Part shown: piece after piece, positions 36,369 to 45,185 of the stretch
How positions within the stretch are numbered: the first letter of the stretch is position 1
Layout: every line of letters begins with the position of its first letter
Source of the DNA: an uncultured Chlorobiaceae bacterium
Lineage (GTDB): Bacteria; Bacteroidota; Ignavibacteria; UBA10030; SZUA-254
Direction: 5' to 3'
Assembly: GCA_964596065.1 (NCBI GenBank)
Contig: CAZQSM010000001.1
Span: 1,623 to 65,622 of the forward strand
Length of the DNA: 64,000 bases
Position numbers and translations under genes: made by a program
The notes under the pieces: generated by a model
Database searches by the model: none
Told to the model about the DNA's origin: nothing
What the model saw: the letters and a program-made list of their open reading frames with translations, nothing else

Positions 36369-36575
36369 TAGGCGAATTTTAAACAAGTTATGGGTATCGT
36401 TTCATGAAGATAATTCGATGAATTCCGGATACCTTGAGTAATACAACCACACTTTTTTTCCTGACATATCCTTCGCCTCGCGGCCCGGCCGCGGGCTGTT
36501 TCGGTTCCATCCGGATTCCACCGCACACTTACCCTCTCGGACGGTTCATGTATCATTACCAAAGGAGAATGCGCT

Positions 36576-36881
36576 TTGACTAAAGCTGACATTGTTGACC
36601 ACATCGCCTCCGGGACGGGCCTGACGAAAGTCGAGACGGAAGCAGTCGTCGACGGCTTCATCCAGACCGTGATCGAGGCCCTGAAGGACGGAAAGAATAT
36701 CGAGATCCGGGGGTTCGGAAGCTTCAAGACGAAGATGCGGAAGGGAAGGATGGCGCGAAATCCGCGGACCGGAGAGCAGGTTCAGGTCGACGAGCATTTC
36801 GTCCCATTTTTCAAGGTCTCCAAGGAATTGAAATCGAACGTCAACCTGAGCCTGAAGCGAAAACAACCCGCCGGTTTGTAA
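36576..36881 (+). CDS. hup: HU/IHF-family DNA-binding protein
   Basis: AGGAG RBS with TTG start; MTKADIV, IEIRGFGSF, ARNPRTGE. Confidence 0.93.
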   Translation: MTKADIVDHIASGTGLTKVETEAVVDGFIQTVIEALKDGKNIEIRGFGSFKTKMRKGRMARNPRTGEQVQVDEHFVPFFKVSKELKSNVNLSLKRKQPAGL

Positions 36882-36890
36882 TCTGACCCC

Positions 36891-37727
36891 GTGAGCAACC
36901 CGCTGCCATGTCCGTCGTGCGGCTCCATCCCGGAGCCGGGCGACAAGTTCTGTCCATCCTGCGGGAGGGCGGTGGCCGGAACCCGGACGCCGGACCCCAC
37001 GCCCGCGGCGGGATCCGGGCCGGTGACGTGCCCGCTGTGCGGGCAGGAACATTCCGGGCCGGTGGCAACCTGCGCTACCTGCGGCGCGAAGATCGGGAAA
37101 GGTCCTCCGGACGGGGGCAGCCGGACCGGAAAACCGGCGGAACAACGGGTCGGCGCATTTCAAAGCTGGAAATTCACGCTGGGGGTCGCGGCGCTCCTCG
37201 TGACGGCGTTGATCGTCTTCGTTTCCTCACGAAACGGCCCCGAACCCGCCAGGACACAGGAAGATCCCCACGACGCCGGGATGATGGAGAGGATCAGGGA
37301 GCTCGAGGCGCACATCGCGGAACACCCGGACGATCCGGCGGTGCTCCTTGAGTACGCCAACATGCTCTACGACGTCAGGTTTTACCAGAAGGCGGCGTCG
37401 ATCTACGAGAAATACCTGGACCTGAACCCGTCAAACGCCGACGCCAGGGTCGACCTCGGGACATCGTATTTCCAGATGTCATTCACCGATACAGCGAGGA
37501 GCCGGGAACTTCTCGCGGGCGCGGAAGCGTGCTTCCTGAAGACCCTCGAATCGGCGCCGAGGCACCAACTGGCACATTTTAACATCGGGATCCTCCATCT
37601 CCACAGGGGCGACATGGCGGGGGCGCGTGAATGGTTCCGGAAATCGATAGAAATCGACCCATCAACCGAAGCCGCCCGGAGGGCGACACAGTTACTGACA
37701 CCGCATAACCAGGACAATCCTCAATAA
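36891..37727 (+). CDS. Double zinc-ribbon / single TM / TPR membrane protein
   Basis: CPSCG..FCPSCG and CPLCG..CATCG; TM segment WKFTLGVAALLVTALIVF; C-terminal TPRs (PSNADARVDLG, AHFNIG). Confidence 0.75.
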   Translation: MSNPLPCPSCGSIPEPGDKFCPSCGRAVAGTRTPDPTPAAGSGPVTCPLCGQEHSGPVATCATCGAKIGKGPPDGGSRTGKPAEQRVGAFQSWKFTLGVAALLVTALIVFVSSRNGPEPARTQEDPHDAGMMERIRELEAHIAEHPDDPAVLLEYANMLYDVRFYQKAASIYEKYLDLNPSNADARVDLGTSYFQMSFTDTARSRELLAGAEACFLKTLESAPRHQLAHFNIGILHLHRGDMAGAREWFRKSIEIDPSTEAARRATQLLTPHNQDNPQ

Positions 37728-37744
37728 TCGAAGGAGTAGCAGAG

Positions 37745-37840
37745 ATGCCAAGCGGCAAAAAACGCCTGAGAAGGAAAATGGCGACGCATAAACGGAAGAA
37801 ACGGCTCCGGAAGCAGCGCCACAAGAAGAAAAACCGATAG
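37745..37840 (+). CDS. Small basic ribosomal protein bS22 family (AURKAIP1/COX24-like), 31 aa
   Basis: MPSGKKRLRRKMATHKRKKRLRKQRHKKKNR with AAGGAG upstream; matches the recalled Bacteroidota peptide MPSGKKRKRHK.ATHKRKKR. Below the ORF-track length cutoff. Confidence 0.88.
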   Translation: MPSGKKRLRRKMATHKRKKRLRKQRHKKKNR

Positions 37841-37847
37841 CCTGCGG

Positions 37848-37875
37848 TGACGGGACCCCCTCGAGGGTCCTGTCA
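37848..37875 (+). terminator. Strong hairpin after bS22 (no U tract)
   Basis: TGACGGGACCC-cctcga-GGGTCCTGTCA, 11-bp stem. Confidence 0.5.
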
Positions 37876-38004
37876 GCCGGGAAGGCGAACGGGGCCCGGC
37901 CGGATCCGCCCGAGGCTGCGTCCCATCCCGGTCATGGCCAGACACCATCATCTTCTCTCCGTTCTAGTCGTCCCCCTCCAACAAAGGCCGGGCCGCCCGA
38001 TTAC

Positions 38005-38033
38005 TTGATTTTTTAGCCCGATCTTTTTACTTT
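38005..38033 (+). promoter_or_regulatory. sigma70-type promoter of the ytxH-like gene
   Basis: TTGATT - 17 nt - TACTTT. Confidence 0.6.
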
Positions 38034-38090
38034 GCATACAGGCACGCACGCATCATCACACCTCAAGGCAATCAAGGGAAGGAGATCGAC

Positions 38091-38483
38091 ATGTCCAAGG
38101 ACAATAACGGACTCGCAAAGGGCCTTTTCGTGGGCTTCCTGGTCGGAGGCATCACCGGCGCCATCGCGGCCCTCCTGTACGCACCGAAGAGCGGCAAGGA
38201 ACTTCGCGGCGACATCAGGAAACGGACGGACGAGCTGACCGGCGAGGTCGGTGAATATCTCCGCAGCGCGGGGAGCAAAACGACCGAGATGGTGAACCGC
38301 GGAAAGCACCGGTCCGAGGAACTGGTCGCCGCCACGCGTGAGAAGGCCGAACACCTCATGGATGACGCCGAAAAGGTCCTCACGGACATCCGGACCAGGG
38401 CTACCTCGGAACAGGGCAAGATCAAGTCCGCCCTCCGGGCCGGGATGGACGCCTACAAAACCGAAAAGGACCGCGGGGCCTGA
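38091..38483 (+). CDS. YtxH-domain protein
   Basis: GFLVGGITGAIAALLYAPKSGKELR followed by a coiled coil. Confidence 0.9.
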   Translation: MSKDNNGLAKGLFVGFLVGGITGAIAALLYAPKSGKELRGDIRKRTDELTGEVGEYLRSAGSKTTEMVNRGKHRSEELVAATREKAEHLMDDAEKVLTDIRTRATSEQGKIKSALRAGMDAYKTEKDRGA

Positions 38484-38529
38484 ATATTCCCCGGAACGGC
38501 AAGCTGACCCACACAGGAGAGGGTGCGCC

Positions 38530-38916
38530 ATGGAAGGTTTCATTCTCGTCGTCCAGGTTCTGACCAATCTCGCCGTCATCACGCTCTGCGTCTGCCTCGT
38601 CATTTTTCTGCGCAGGATGGGCGGAACGCTCGATTCCCTCGAAAAGAACGCCAGGGAATTGAGCACCCGGGCGCTGCCGATCATGGACAATCTCGAGGTC
38701 ATCACCGACAAGGCCCGGAACATCGCGGACAACGTCGACGACCAGATCGAGCTCGTTAAAAATTCGATCAACGCCGTCCGGGAGATCGCCGACAATGTCG
38801 TCGATTTCGAGCGGAAGGTCCAGGCGAGGATCGAGGAACCTGTGTTGGAAACCATCGGCACCATCGCGGCCGTCCTGAAAGGTGTCCGGGCGTTCTTCGT
38901 CCGGCTGAAGGCCTGA
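38530..38916 (+). CDS. DUF948 (YtxG/YoxC-like) membrane-anchored coiled-coil protein
   Basis: N-terminal TM segment then coiled coil; follows ytxH; AGGAG RBS before ATG 38530. Confidence 0.7.
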   Translation: MEGFILVVQVLTNLAVITLCVCLVIFLRRMGGTLDSLEKNARELSTRALPIMDNLEVITDKARNIADNVDDQIELVKNSINAVREIADNVVDFERKVQARIEEPVLETIGTIAAVLKGVRAFFVRLKA

Positions 38917-39036
38917 GGGGGACACTCCCCGAACCGTGATAATGACGCTCCTCCCGGAGTCGTCGCCCGGGCAGGGGCAGGACCGCGCCGCGCTCGCGTC
39001 AGATCTTTCTCACCATCTTCACTGAGGTCATGACCT

Positions 39037-41139
39037 ATGAAGGAATATCACCCGGATCAGATCAGGAACATCACCCTCATCGGCCACGGCGGCTCGGGAA
39101 AGACGTCGTTTTCCGAGGCGGTCTGCTACTGCGCGGGCTCCACGTCGCGGCTCGGCAAGGTCGAGGAGGGGAACACCATCTCCGATTACCACCCGGACGA
39201 AATCGAACGGCAGGTGTCGATCAATTCCGCACTGATCTCCAACGAGTGGCACGGCCATAAAATCAACCTGATGGACACGCCTGGCTACACGGACTTCACG
39301 GGAGAAGTGAAGGCGAGCCTCCGGGTGTCCGATACGGCCCTGATCTTCCTGAAGGCGGTTGAGGGGACCGAGGTGGGCACGGAGATCGTCTGGGGCTACA
39401 CCCGGGAACTCCGGATACCATCCATGTTCGTGGTGGCGAAACTCGACAACGAGAACGCCGATTTCGACGCGGTCGTGGCGCAGGCCCGCGAGCGGTTCAC
39501 CCATGACGTCATTCCCGTGCAGTTCCCGGCCGCGGTCGGCGCCGGATTCGGCGCCATCGTCGACGTCGTGAAGATGAAACTCCACACGTTCAGCGCCGAC
39601 GGCAGGGGGAAGGCGGTCGAATCGGAGATCCCGGAGGCCCTCAGGGCGAAGGCCGCGGAAATGCGGGAACATCTCATCGAACAGATCGCCGAAACGGACG
39701 AGAAACTGCTCGACGCATTCTTCTCGGCGGGGACGCTCACCGACGAACAGCTGACAAACGGGCTCAGGGCGGGCATCCGCAACCGCAAAATCTTTCCCGT
39801 GCTCTGCGCCTCCGGGACCCTCAACGTCGGGGTCTCCCTCGCGCTCGACTTCTGCGTTGAATTCGCCCCCGCCCCGAACCGCGTCGAAACCCCCGTCGGG
39901 TTCGCCCCGGGCTCAGACCATCAGAAGGAAATACCGGTCAAGTGCGATCCCGCCTCACAGCCGACGATGTTCGTCTTTAAAACCGTCGCCGAACCCCATG
40001 TCGGCGAGCTGTCGTTTTTCCGGGTTTACTCCGGCACGGTGGCCCCAGGCATGGACATGGTCAACGATTCGAACGGGAAAGGGGAGCGCCTGGCGCAGAT
40101 CTTCGTGATGCGCGGGAAGGAACGGAAGGAGGTGTCGGCGCTGATGGCCGGCGACTTCGGGGCCGTCGTCAAGCTGAAGGACACGCACACCAACAACACG
40201 CTCAGCGGAAAGGCGTTCCCCGTCATCCTCGCCCCCATCGATTTCCCCGAGCCGGTCATCTCGATGGCACTCGTCGCCAGGACGAAGGGCGACGAGGACA
40301 AGATCGCGACCGGCCTCCATTCGCTCCACGAGGAGGATCCCACGTTCGTCGTCAAGGTTGATTCGGAACTTCACCAAACCGTCATCAGCGGCCAGGGAGA
40401 GCTCCATCTCGAGATCATCGTCCGGCGGCTCAAGGCCAAGTACGGGGTCGAGGTGGAAATGGTCGAGCCGAAAATACCATACCGGGAGACCATCAAGGGA
40501 CGGGTGAACGAGGTCGAGTACAAGCACAAGAAACAGACGGGCGGCCGGGGGCAGTTCGGCCACGTCTGGATCAAGATCGAGCCTCTCCCGCACGGGGGAG
40601 GTTTTGAATTCGAGGATGCGATCGTCGGCGGTGTGGTCCCGGGCAGGTTCGTTCCGGCGGTGGAAAAGGGGATCGTCGAGGCGCTGGAGAGCGGCGTCGT
40701 CGCCGGCTACAAGGTCGTGGACGTGCGGGTCACGCTCTTCGACGGGTCCTACCACGACGTCGACTCCGACGAGCATTCGTTCAAGATCGCCGGGCGGATG
40801 GCGTTCAAGAAGGGATTCAGGGAGGCGCGGCCGGTCCTGCTCGAACCGATTTACGAGGTCGAGGTCCGTGTCCCCGAAGATTACCTGGGCGACGTGATGG
40901 GGGACATCTCCAGCAGGAGGGGGAAGATCCTGGGGATGGACTCGGACGGCTCGACGCAGATCATCAGGGCCAACGTGCCCCTGAAGGAACTCTTCCGCTA
41001 TTCCACGATCCTCCGGTCGATGACCCAGGGCCGCGGCATCCACAAGCAGAAGTTCAACCATTACGACGAAACCCCCCGCGAAGTGGCAGACAAGATCATC
41101 GCCGAACACTCGAGGCAGAAGGTCGAGGAGGAGGCCTGA
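39037..41139 (+). CDS. fusA: Elongation factor G paralogue (EF-G2/FusA2-like)
   Basis: Five-domain EF-G layout; GHGGSGKT, ERQVSI, DTPGYTDF, AKLD, GQGELHL, HKKQTGGRGQFG, DGSYHDVDS. Confidence 0.92.
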   Translation: MKEYHPDQIRNITLIGHGGSGKTSFSEAVCYCAGSTSRLGKVEEGNTISDYHPDEIERQVSINSALISNEWHGHKINLMDTPGYTDFTGEVKASLRVSDTALIFLKAVEGTEVGTEIVWGYTRELRIPSMFVVAKLDNENADFDAVVAQARERFTHDVIPVQFPAAVGAGFGAIVDVVKMKLHTFSADGRGKAVESEIPEALRAKAAEMREHLIEQIAETDEKLLDAFFSAGTLTDEQLTNGLRAGIRNRKIFPVLCASGTLNVGVSLALDFCVEFAPAPNRVETPVGFAPGSDHQKEIPVKCDPASQPTMFVFKTVAEPHVGELSFFRVYSGTVAPGMDMVNDSNGKGERLAQIFVMRGKERKEVSALMAGDFGAVVKLKDTHTNNTLSGKAFPVILAPIDFPEPVISMALVARTKGDEDKIATGLHSLHEEDPTFVVKVDSELHQTVISGQGELHLEIIVRRLKAKYGVEVEMVEPKIPYRETIKGRVNEVEYKHKKQTGGRGQFGHVWIKIEPLPHGGGFEFEDAIVGGVVPGRFVPAVEKGIVEALESGVVAGYKVVDVRVTLFDGSYHDVDSDEHSFKIAGRMAFKKGFREARPVLLEPIYEVEVRVPEDYLGDVMGDISSRRGKILGMDSDGSTQIIRANVPLKELFRYSTILRSMTQGRGIHKQKFNHYDETPREVADKIIAEHSRQKVEEEA

Positions 41140-41164
41140 CCCCCACCCGACGGCCGGGAACGCC

Positions 41165-41668
41165 ATGAGACGGCTCCATTCCCCCTGGCGCTCGGAGTAC
41201 ATCCAGACCTTCAAGACGCCGAAGAAAAAACAGCGGTGCGTCCTCTGCGACGCGCTCCGGTCCCGACACGACAGGGAACACCGCGTCGTCGCCCGCGGCA
41301 GGCACGCCTTCGTCATCCTCAACCTCTATCCCTACAACAGCGGCCACTGCATGGTGGTCCCCAACAGGCACGTTCCGACGCTCGATGCCCTCACCGACGC
41401 GGAATACACGGAGACGTGCAGGTGGATCAGGAAGGTCGTCGCGGGACTCGGAACGGTGTCGGCCCCCGACGGATACAACATCGGATCGAACATCGGCAGG
41501 AGCGCAGGGGCCGGGATCGACGCCCACATCCACTTTCACGTCGTACCACGCTGGGGCGGGGACACCAATTTCATGCCGGTCCTCGGCGACACCAAGGTCA
41601 TCTCCGAGGACATGGACACGACGTGGGAGAAACTCAGGAAGGTCGTGCGGACGGGCAAAGCCCGCTGA
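41165..41668 (+). CDS. HIT-family hydrolase (Ap4A hydrolase/phosphorylase-like)
   Basis: LHSPWRSEYI, CVLC, NLYPYNSGH, GRSAGAGI, HIHFH. Confidence 0.88.
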   Translation: MRRLHSPWRSEYIQTFKTPKKKQRCVLCDALRSRHDREHRVVARGRHAFVILNLYPYNSGHCMVVPNRHVPTLDALTDAEYTETCRWIRKVVAGLGTVSAPDGYNIGSNIGRSAGAGIDAHIHFHVVPRWGGDTNFMPVLGDTKVISEDMDTTWEKLRKVVRTGKAR

Positions 41669-42281
41669 CAACGCACCCGCCGCAGAGCGGCCGCCTCGCC
41701 CTGCACACAGCCCGCCCGTGAAGGATGAAGAGGTGGGGGAGGAGGATCCATCCCGCCGGGGGGGCGATCGCCATCAGGTCGGCTTCGATCTTCTCCGGCG
41801 TCGTCGAGGCGGACAACCGCAGCAGGCCGGCGAGCCGCTTCACGTGCGTGTCGACAACGATCCCTTCGGCCTTCCCGAACGCGCTCCCGAGCACGACGTT
41901 GGCCGTCTTCCTCCCGACCCCCGGCAACGCGACGAGTTCCTCCATCGTCCGTGGCACCTCGCCCCGGTGCCGGTCGACGATCGCCGCGCAACAGCCGACG
42001 ATGTTCCTCGCCTTCGCGCGGAAAAACCCGGTCGACCGTATGATCGATTCCAGCTCCGGGGCGTCGGCGCCCGCGAAATCCGCCGCGCTGCGGTACCGTC
42101 GGAAGAGCGAAGGGGTGACCATGTTCACCCTCTCGTCGGTGCACTGCGCCGACAGGATGGTCGCCACCAGGAGCTGCAGCGGGTTGCCGTGCGTCAGGGC
42201 GGTCGCCGCGCCCGGATAAGCGCCATTCAACCGTCGCACGATCTTCCTCAACCGCCCCTTTTTCTGCCTCGCGGATTCCAT
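41634..42281 (-). CDS. nth: Endonuclease III
   Basis: LVATILSAQCTDERVN, HhH LPGVGRKTANVVL, VDTHV, C-x6-C-x2-C-x5-C Fe-S loop; start ATG 42281. Confidence 0.95.
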   Translation of the reverse strand: MESARQKKGRLRKIVRRLNGAYPGAATALTHGNPLQLLVATILSAQCTDERVNMVTPSLFRRYRSAADFAGADAPELESIIRSTGFFRAKARNIVGCCAAIVDRHRGEVPRTMEELVALPGVGRKTANVVLGSAFGKAEGIVVDTHVKRLAGLLRLSASTTPEKIEADLMAIAPPAGWILLPHLFILHGRAVCRARRPLCGGCVVSGLCPSARPS

Positions 42282-44038
42282 CAGCCCCTCCCGAACGCGC
42301 GTTCGACCTCCCCGGCGGACCGGGTATTGAAAATGTCCGCCGGCCCGAGCCATCCCCTGCGCGCAACGTCGATGCCGTATCGCACGTCGGTGAGCCCTCC
42401 GGTCCAGTGTGCATCCGGATTGATGACGAGCAGCACCCCCTTTTCCTTCGCGTACCGGCAGAAGGTCCAGTCGAGGTCGAGCCTGCGGGGGTTCGAATTG
42501 ATTTCGATCATCGTTCCATGATCCGCGGCCGCGTCGATTACCTCCCGGAGGTTGATCGGGTAGCCTTCACGTTCCAGCAGGAGCCTCCCCGTGGGATGGC
42601 CGAGCATCGTGACGCGGGGGTTCTTCAACGCTCTGATGACCCGCCTGGTGGCTTCCGCCTCGGTCATCGAGAACTTGCTGTGCACCGATGCGACGACAAA
42701 ATCGAACCGTTCGAGGATCCGGTCGCTCCAGTCGAGCGTTCCGTCCGTCAGAATGTCCACCTCGGTCCCGGAAAAGACCCTGAACCCCCTGAGGTCCCTG
42801 TTGATCGCATCGATCTCCCCGAGCTGCCTCGCCACGTCCTTCTCCTTCAATCCGCCGGCGTAGGCTGCCGCCTTGCTGTGGTCCGCGATCCCCAGGTATT
42901 TCCACTTGAACTTGATGGCGGCATCGACCATTTCCCTCAACGAGTTGCGCCCGTCACTGTATGTGGTATGACAATGAAACGTGCCCTTGAGGTCGTCAAT
43001 CGAGACGAGGGTCGGGAGGGTCCGGTCGCCGGCCGCCCTGATTTCGCCCGTCGCTTCTCGGAGTTCCGGAGGGATGGGGCGGAGTCCCAACGCGCGATAG
43101 ATCCCGTCCTCATCGTCGCAGACGGGTATTTTTCCCCTTCCCGCGGAACGGGGGCCAGGGGAAGGTTGTTTCGGGGCTGCGGAAAACCCGTACTCGTTCA
43201 GGCTAAGGCCCAACGACCCGGCGAGCGTCCTGAGTTCGACGTTGTGCTCCTTGCTCCCCGTGAAATACTGAAGGGCGAAAGGGTATTCACCCTCTGAGAC
43301 GACCCTCAGGTCACACTGTATGCCGGATGAGAGGAGGACGCTCGCTTTTGTCGGCCCGGACGCGAGTATCGAGGCGACCTCCGGGAAGGCGGAAAACGCC
43401 CCGAGGATTGCGGCCGCCTTCTTCGCGGAGGCGCCGGCCAGCAGGTCGATATCGCCGACCGTCTCCTTTCTTCTCCTGAGGCTCCCCGCGACTGAACAGA
43501 ACGCGACACCGGGAAGCGCCCGGAGCCGCCCGAGCAGGGCCTCCGCCGTCGATTCCGCCTCCGGCAGGAGGCGTTTTCCGCTGCTCTTCTCGAGCATCGC
43601 GAGGCCGCGGAGGATGTTATTCTGGCTTTTTTCACCGAATCCATCAAGGGCGGCGAGTCGTCCCGCTTCGGCGGCTTCCCGGAGGCGACCCGGGGAATCG
43701 ATCCCCAGTTTCCCATGGAGGATCCTGATCTTTTTCGGGCCCAGTCCCTGTATTTTCACCAGTTCCAGCAGCCCGGCGGGAACAGACGCCCTGATCGTTT
43801 CATATTCTTCGGATTTTCCCGAGGTGATCAGGTCGGATATGATCGGCGCGAGTCCCTTGCCGATGCCCGGGATCGCGGTCAGCGTGCCTCCTGAAACCGC
43901 GTCATGGAGGTCGAGCGACAGTGTCCCGAGTACGCGCGCGGCATTGTGAAACGCCCTGCACTTGAAGACGTTTTCACCCCTGATTTCGAGGATGGTACCG
44001 ATCTCCTCCAGGATCGCGGCGATGTCCCTGTTCGTCAT
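42281..44038 (-). CDS. polX: DNA polymerase X / PHP 3'-5' exonuclease
   Basis: GLGPKK, GSLRR..ETVGDIDLL, CDLRV, YFTGSKEHN; PHP motifs HCHTTYSDG, DHS, TEVDI, GHP, NPDAH. Confidence 0.95.
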   Translation of the reverse strand: MTNRDIAAILEEIGTILEIRGENVFKCRAFHNAARVLGTLSLDLHDAVSGGTLTAIPGIGKGLAPIISDLITSGKSEEYETIRASVPAGLLELVKIQGLGPKKIRILHGKLGIDSPGRLREAAEAGRLAALDGFGEKSQNNILRGLAMLEKSSGKRLLPEAESTAEALLGRLRALPGVAFCSVAGSLRRRKETVGDIDLLAGASAKKAAAILGAFSAFPEVASILASGPTKASVLLSSGIQCDLRVVSEGEYPFALQYFTGSKEHNVELRTLAGSLGLSLNEYGFSAAPKQPSPGPRSAGRGKIPVCDDEDGIYRALGLRPIPPELREATGEIRAAGDRTLPTLVSIDDLKGTFHCHTTYSDGRNSLREMVDAAIKFKWKYLGIADHSKAAAYAGGLKEKDVARQLGEIDAINRDLRGFRVFSGTEVDILTDGTLDWSDRILERFDFVVASVHSKFSMTEAEATRRVIRALKNPRVTMLGHPTGRLLLEREGYPINLREVIDAAADHGTMIEINSNPRRLDLDWTFCRYAKEKGVLLVINPDAHWTGGLTDVRYGIDVARRGWLGPADIFNTRSAGEVERAFGRG

Positions 44039-44070
44039 TGCAGCGGTCGCGTGGCGGTGGTTGCCGGAGG

Positions 44071-45072
44071 TCAGGGAGCGGTGGTGGTGAGTGCCGCTGA
44101 ATCGGAATTCATCAGCCGTTCCCTCAACCGGCCGATGTATTCCGCAAGGGGTTGGTGTTCCGTGAACTGCATCAATTCGTGCCGGACCCTGGCGATTCCC
44201 GGGAGGTTCCTCAGGTACCCGCCGTAATGTTTCCGGAATTCGACGACCCCGCGCCGTTCCCCCTTGTGTTGCACCGAGAGGTCAAGGTGCCGGAGGAGCA
44301 GATCGATCCGTTCTTCCGGGCCGGGAGGGGGGAGGACGACCCCGGTTCGGAGAAATGACCGGATTTCCCTGAAAATCCACGGGTTATTGACGGCACCGCG
44401 GGCGATCATGACACCGTCGCACCCGGTTGACGAAAAGACTGTCTGCGCCGTTTCAGGCGTGTCGATGCCACCGTTGACGATGACGGGGATCGAGACCGCC
44501 GCCTTGACGGCGGGAATGTACGTGTAGTCGGGATCGCCGGAGTGCCCCTGGGCCCGGGTCCGGCAGTGGATCGTGATGGCCCGCGCCCCCGCGTCCTCGA
44601 CCATGCGGGCGACGTCGGTGATGACGATCGTTCCTTCGTCCCACCCGAGGCGCGTCTTGACCGTGACCGGCAGGTGGGTCGAACGGACGACCGATTCGAT
44701 GATCCGCCGCATCTTCGGGAGATCCCGGAGGAGTCCCGCCCCCGCCCCGTGCCCGGCCACGTTCTTCACCCAGCAGCCGCAGTTGATGTCGATCAGGTCG
44801 GGTGAAAGGGCCGTCGCGATGTTCGAGGCCCCCTCCATCGAGAGATCGGTGCCGCCGTAGATCTGGATGCCGAATGGGCGTTCCTCCTCGAGGAAGCGCA
44901 TCTTCGAATGGGTCTTCCCGGAACGTCGGACCAGCCCTTCGGAATTGACGAATTCCGTAAACATCAGGTCCGCGCCCATCTTCTTGCAGACAAGGCGAAA
45001 GGGGATGTCCGTGACATCTTCCATCGGCGCCAGTACCACGGCATTCTCTATGTCAATCGTCCCGATTCTCAT
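44071..45072 (-). CDS. dusB: tRNA-dihydrouridine synthase
   Basis: LAPMEDVTD, TEFV, IQIYG, DINCGCW, TVKTRLG, IHCRT, NGGI, MIARGA..NPW. Confidence 0.9.
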   Translation of the reverse strand: MRIGTIDIENAVVLAPMEDVTDIPFRLVCKKMGADLMFTEFVNSEGLVRRSGKTHSKMRFLEEERPFGIQIYGGTDLSMEGASNIATALSPDLIDINCGCWVKNVAGHGAGAGLLRDLPKMRRIIESVVRSTHLPVTVKTRLGWDEGTIVITDVARMVEDAGARAITIHCRTRAQGHSGDPDYTYIPAVKAAVSIPVIVNGGIDTPETAQTVFSSTGCDGVMIARGAVNNPWIFREIRSFLRTGVVLPPPGPEERIDLLLRHLDLSVQHKGERRGVVEFRKHYGGYLRNLPGIARVRHELMQFTEHQPLAEYIGRLRERLMNSDSAALTTTAP

Positions 45073-45112
45073 GGTCAGAGTCTAAATTATCGATATTTGA
45101 CCGGGATTGCAA

Positions 45113-45146
45113 ATAAAAAGGGCCCGGGAGTCGATTCCCGGGCCCT
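45113..45146 (-). terminator. Intrinsic terminator of the T9SS cargo gene
   Basis: AGGGCCCGGGA..TCCCGGGCCCT followed by TTTTATTT on the minus strand. Confidence 0.85.
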
Positions 45147-45185
45147 CGCCAGTTTCCGGGGGAGACCCCGGCGGCCGATCGGAGA

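Noticed and set aside
37841-38004. Possible SRP RNA, 6S RNA or tRNA-Sec
   Set aside because: No CAGG..GGAA..AGCAG SRP motif, no 6S central-bubble architecture, no cloverleaf or TCA anticodon
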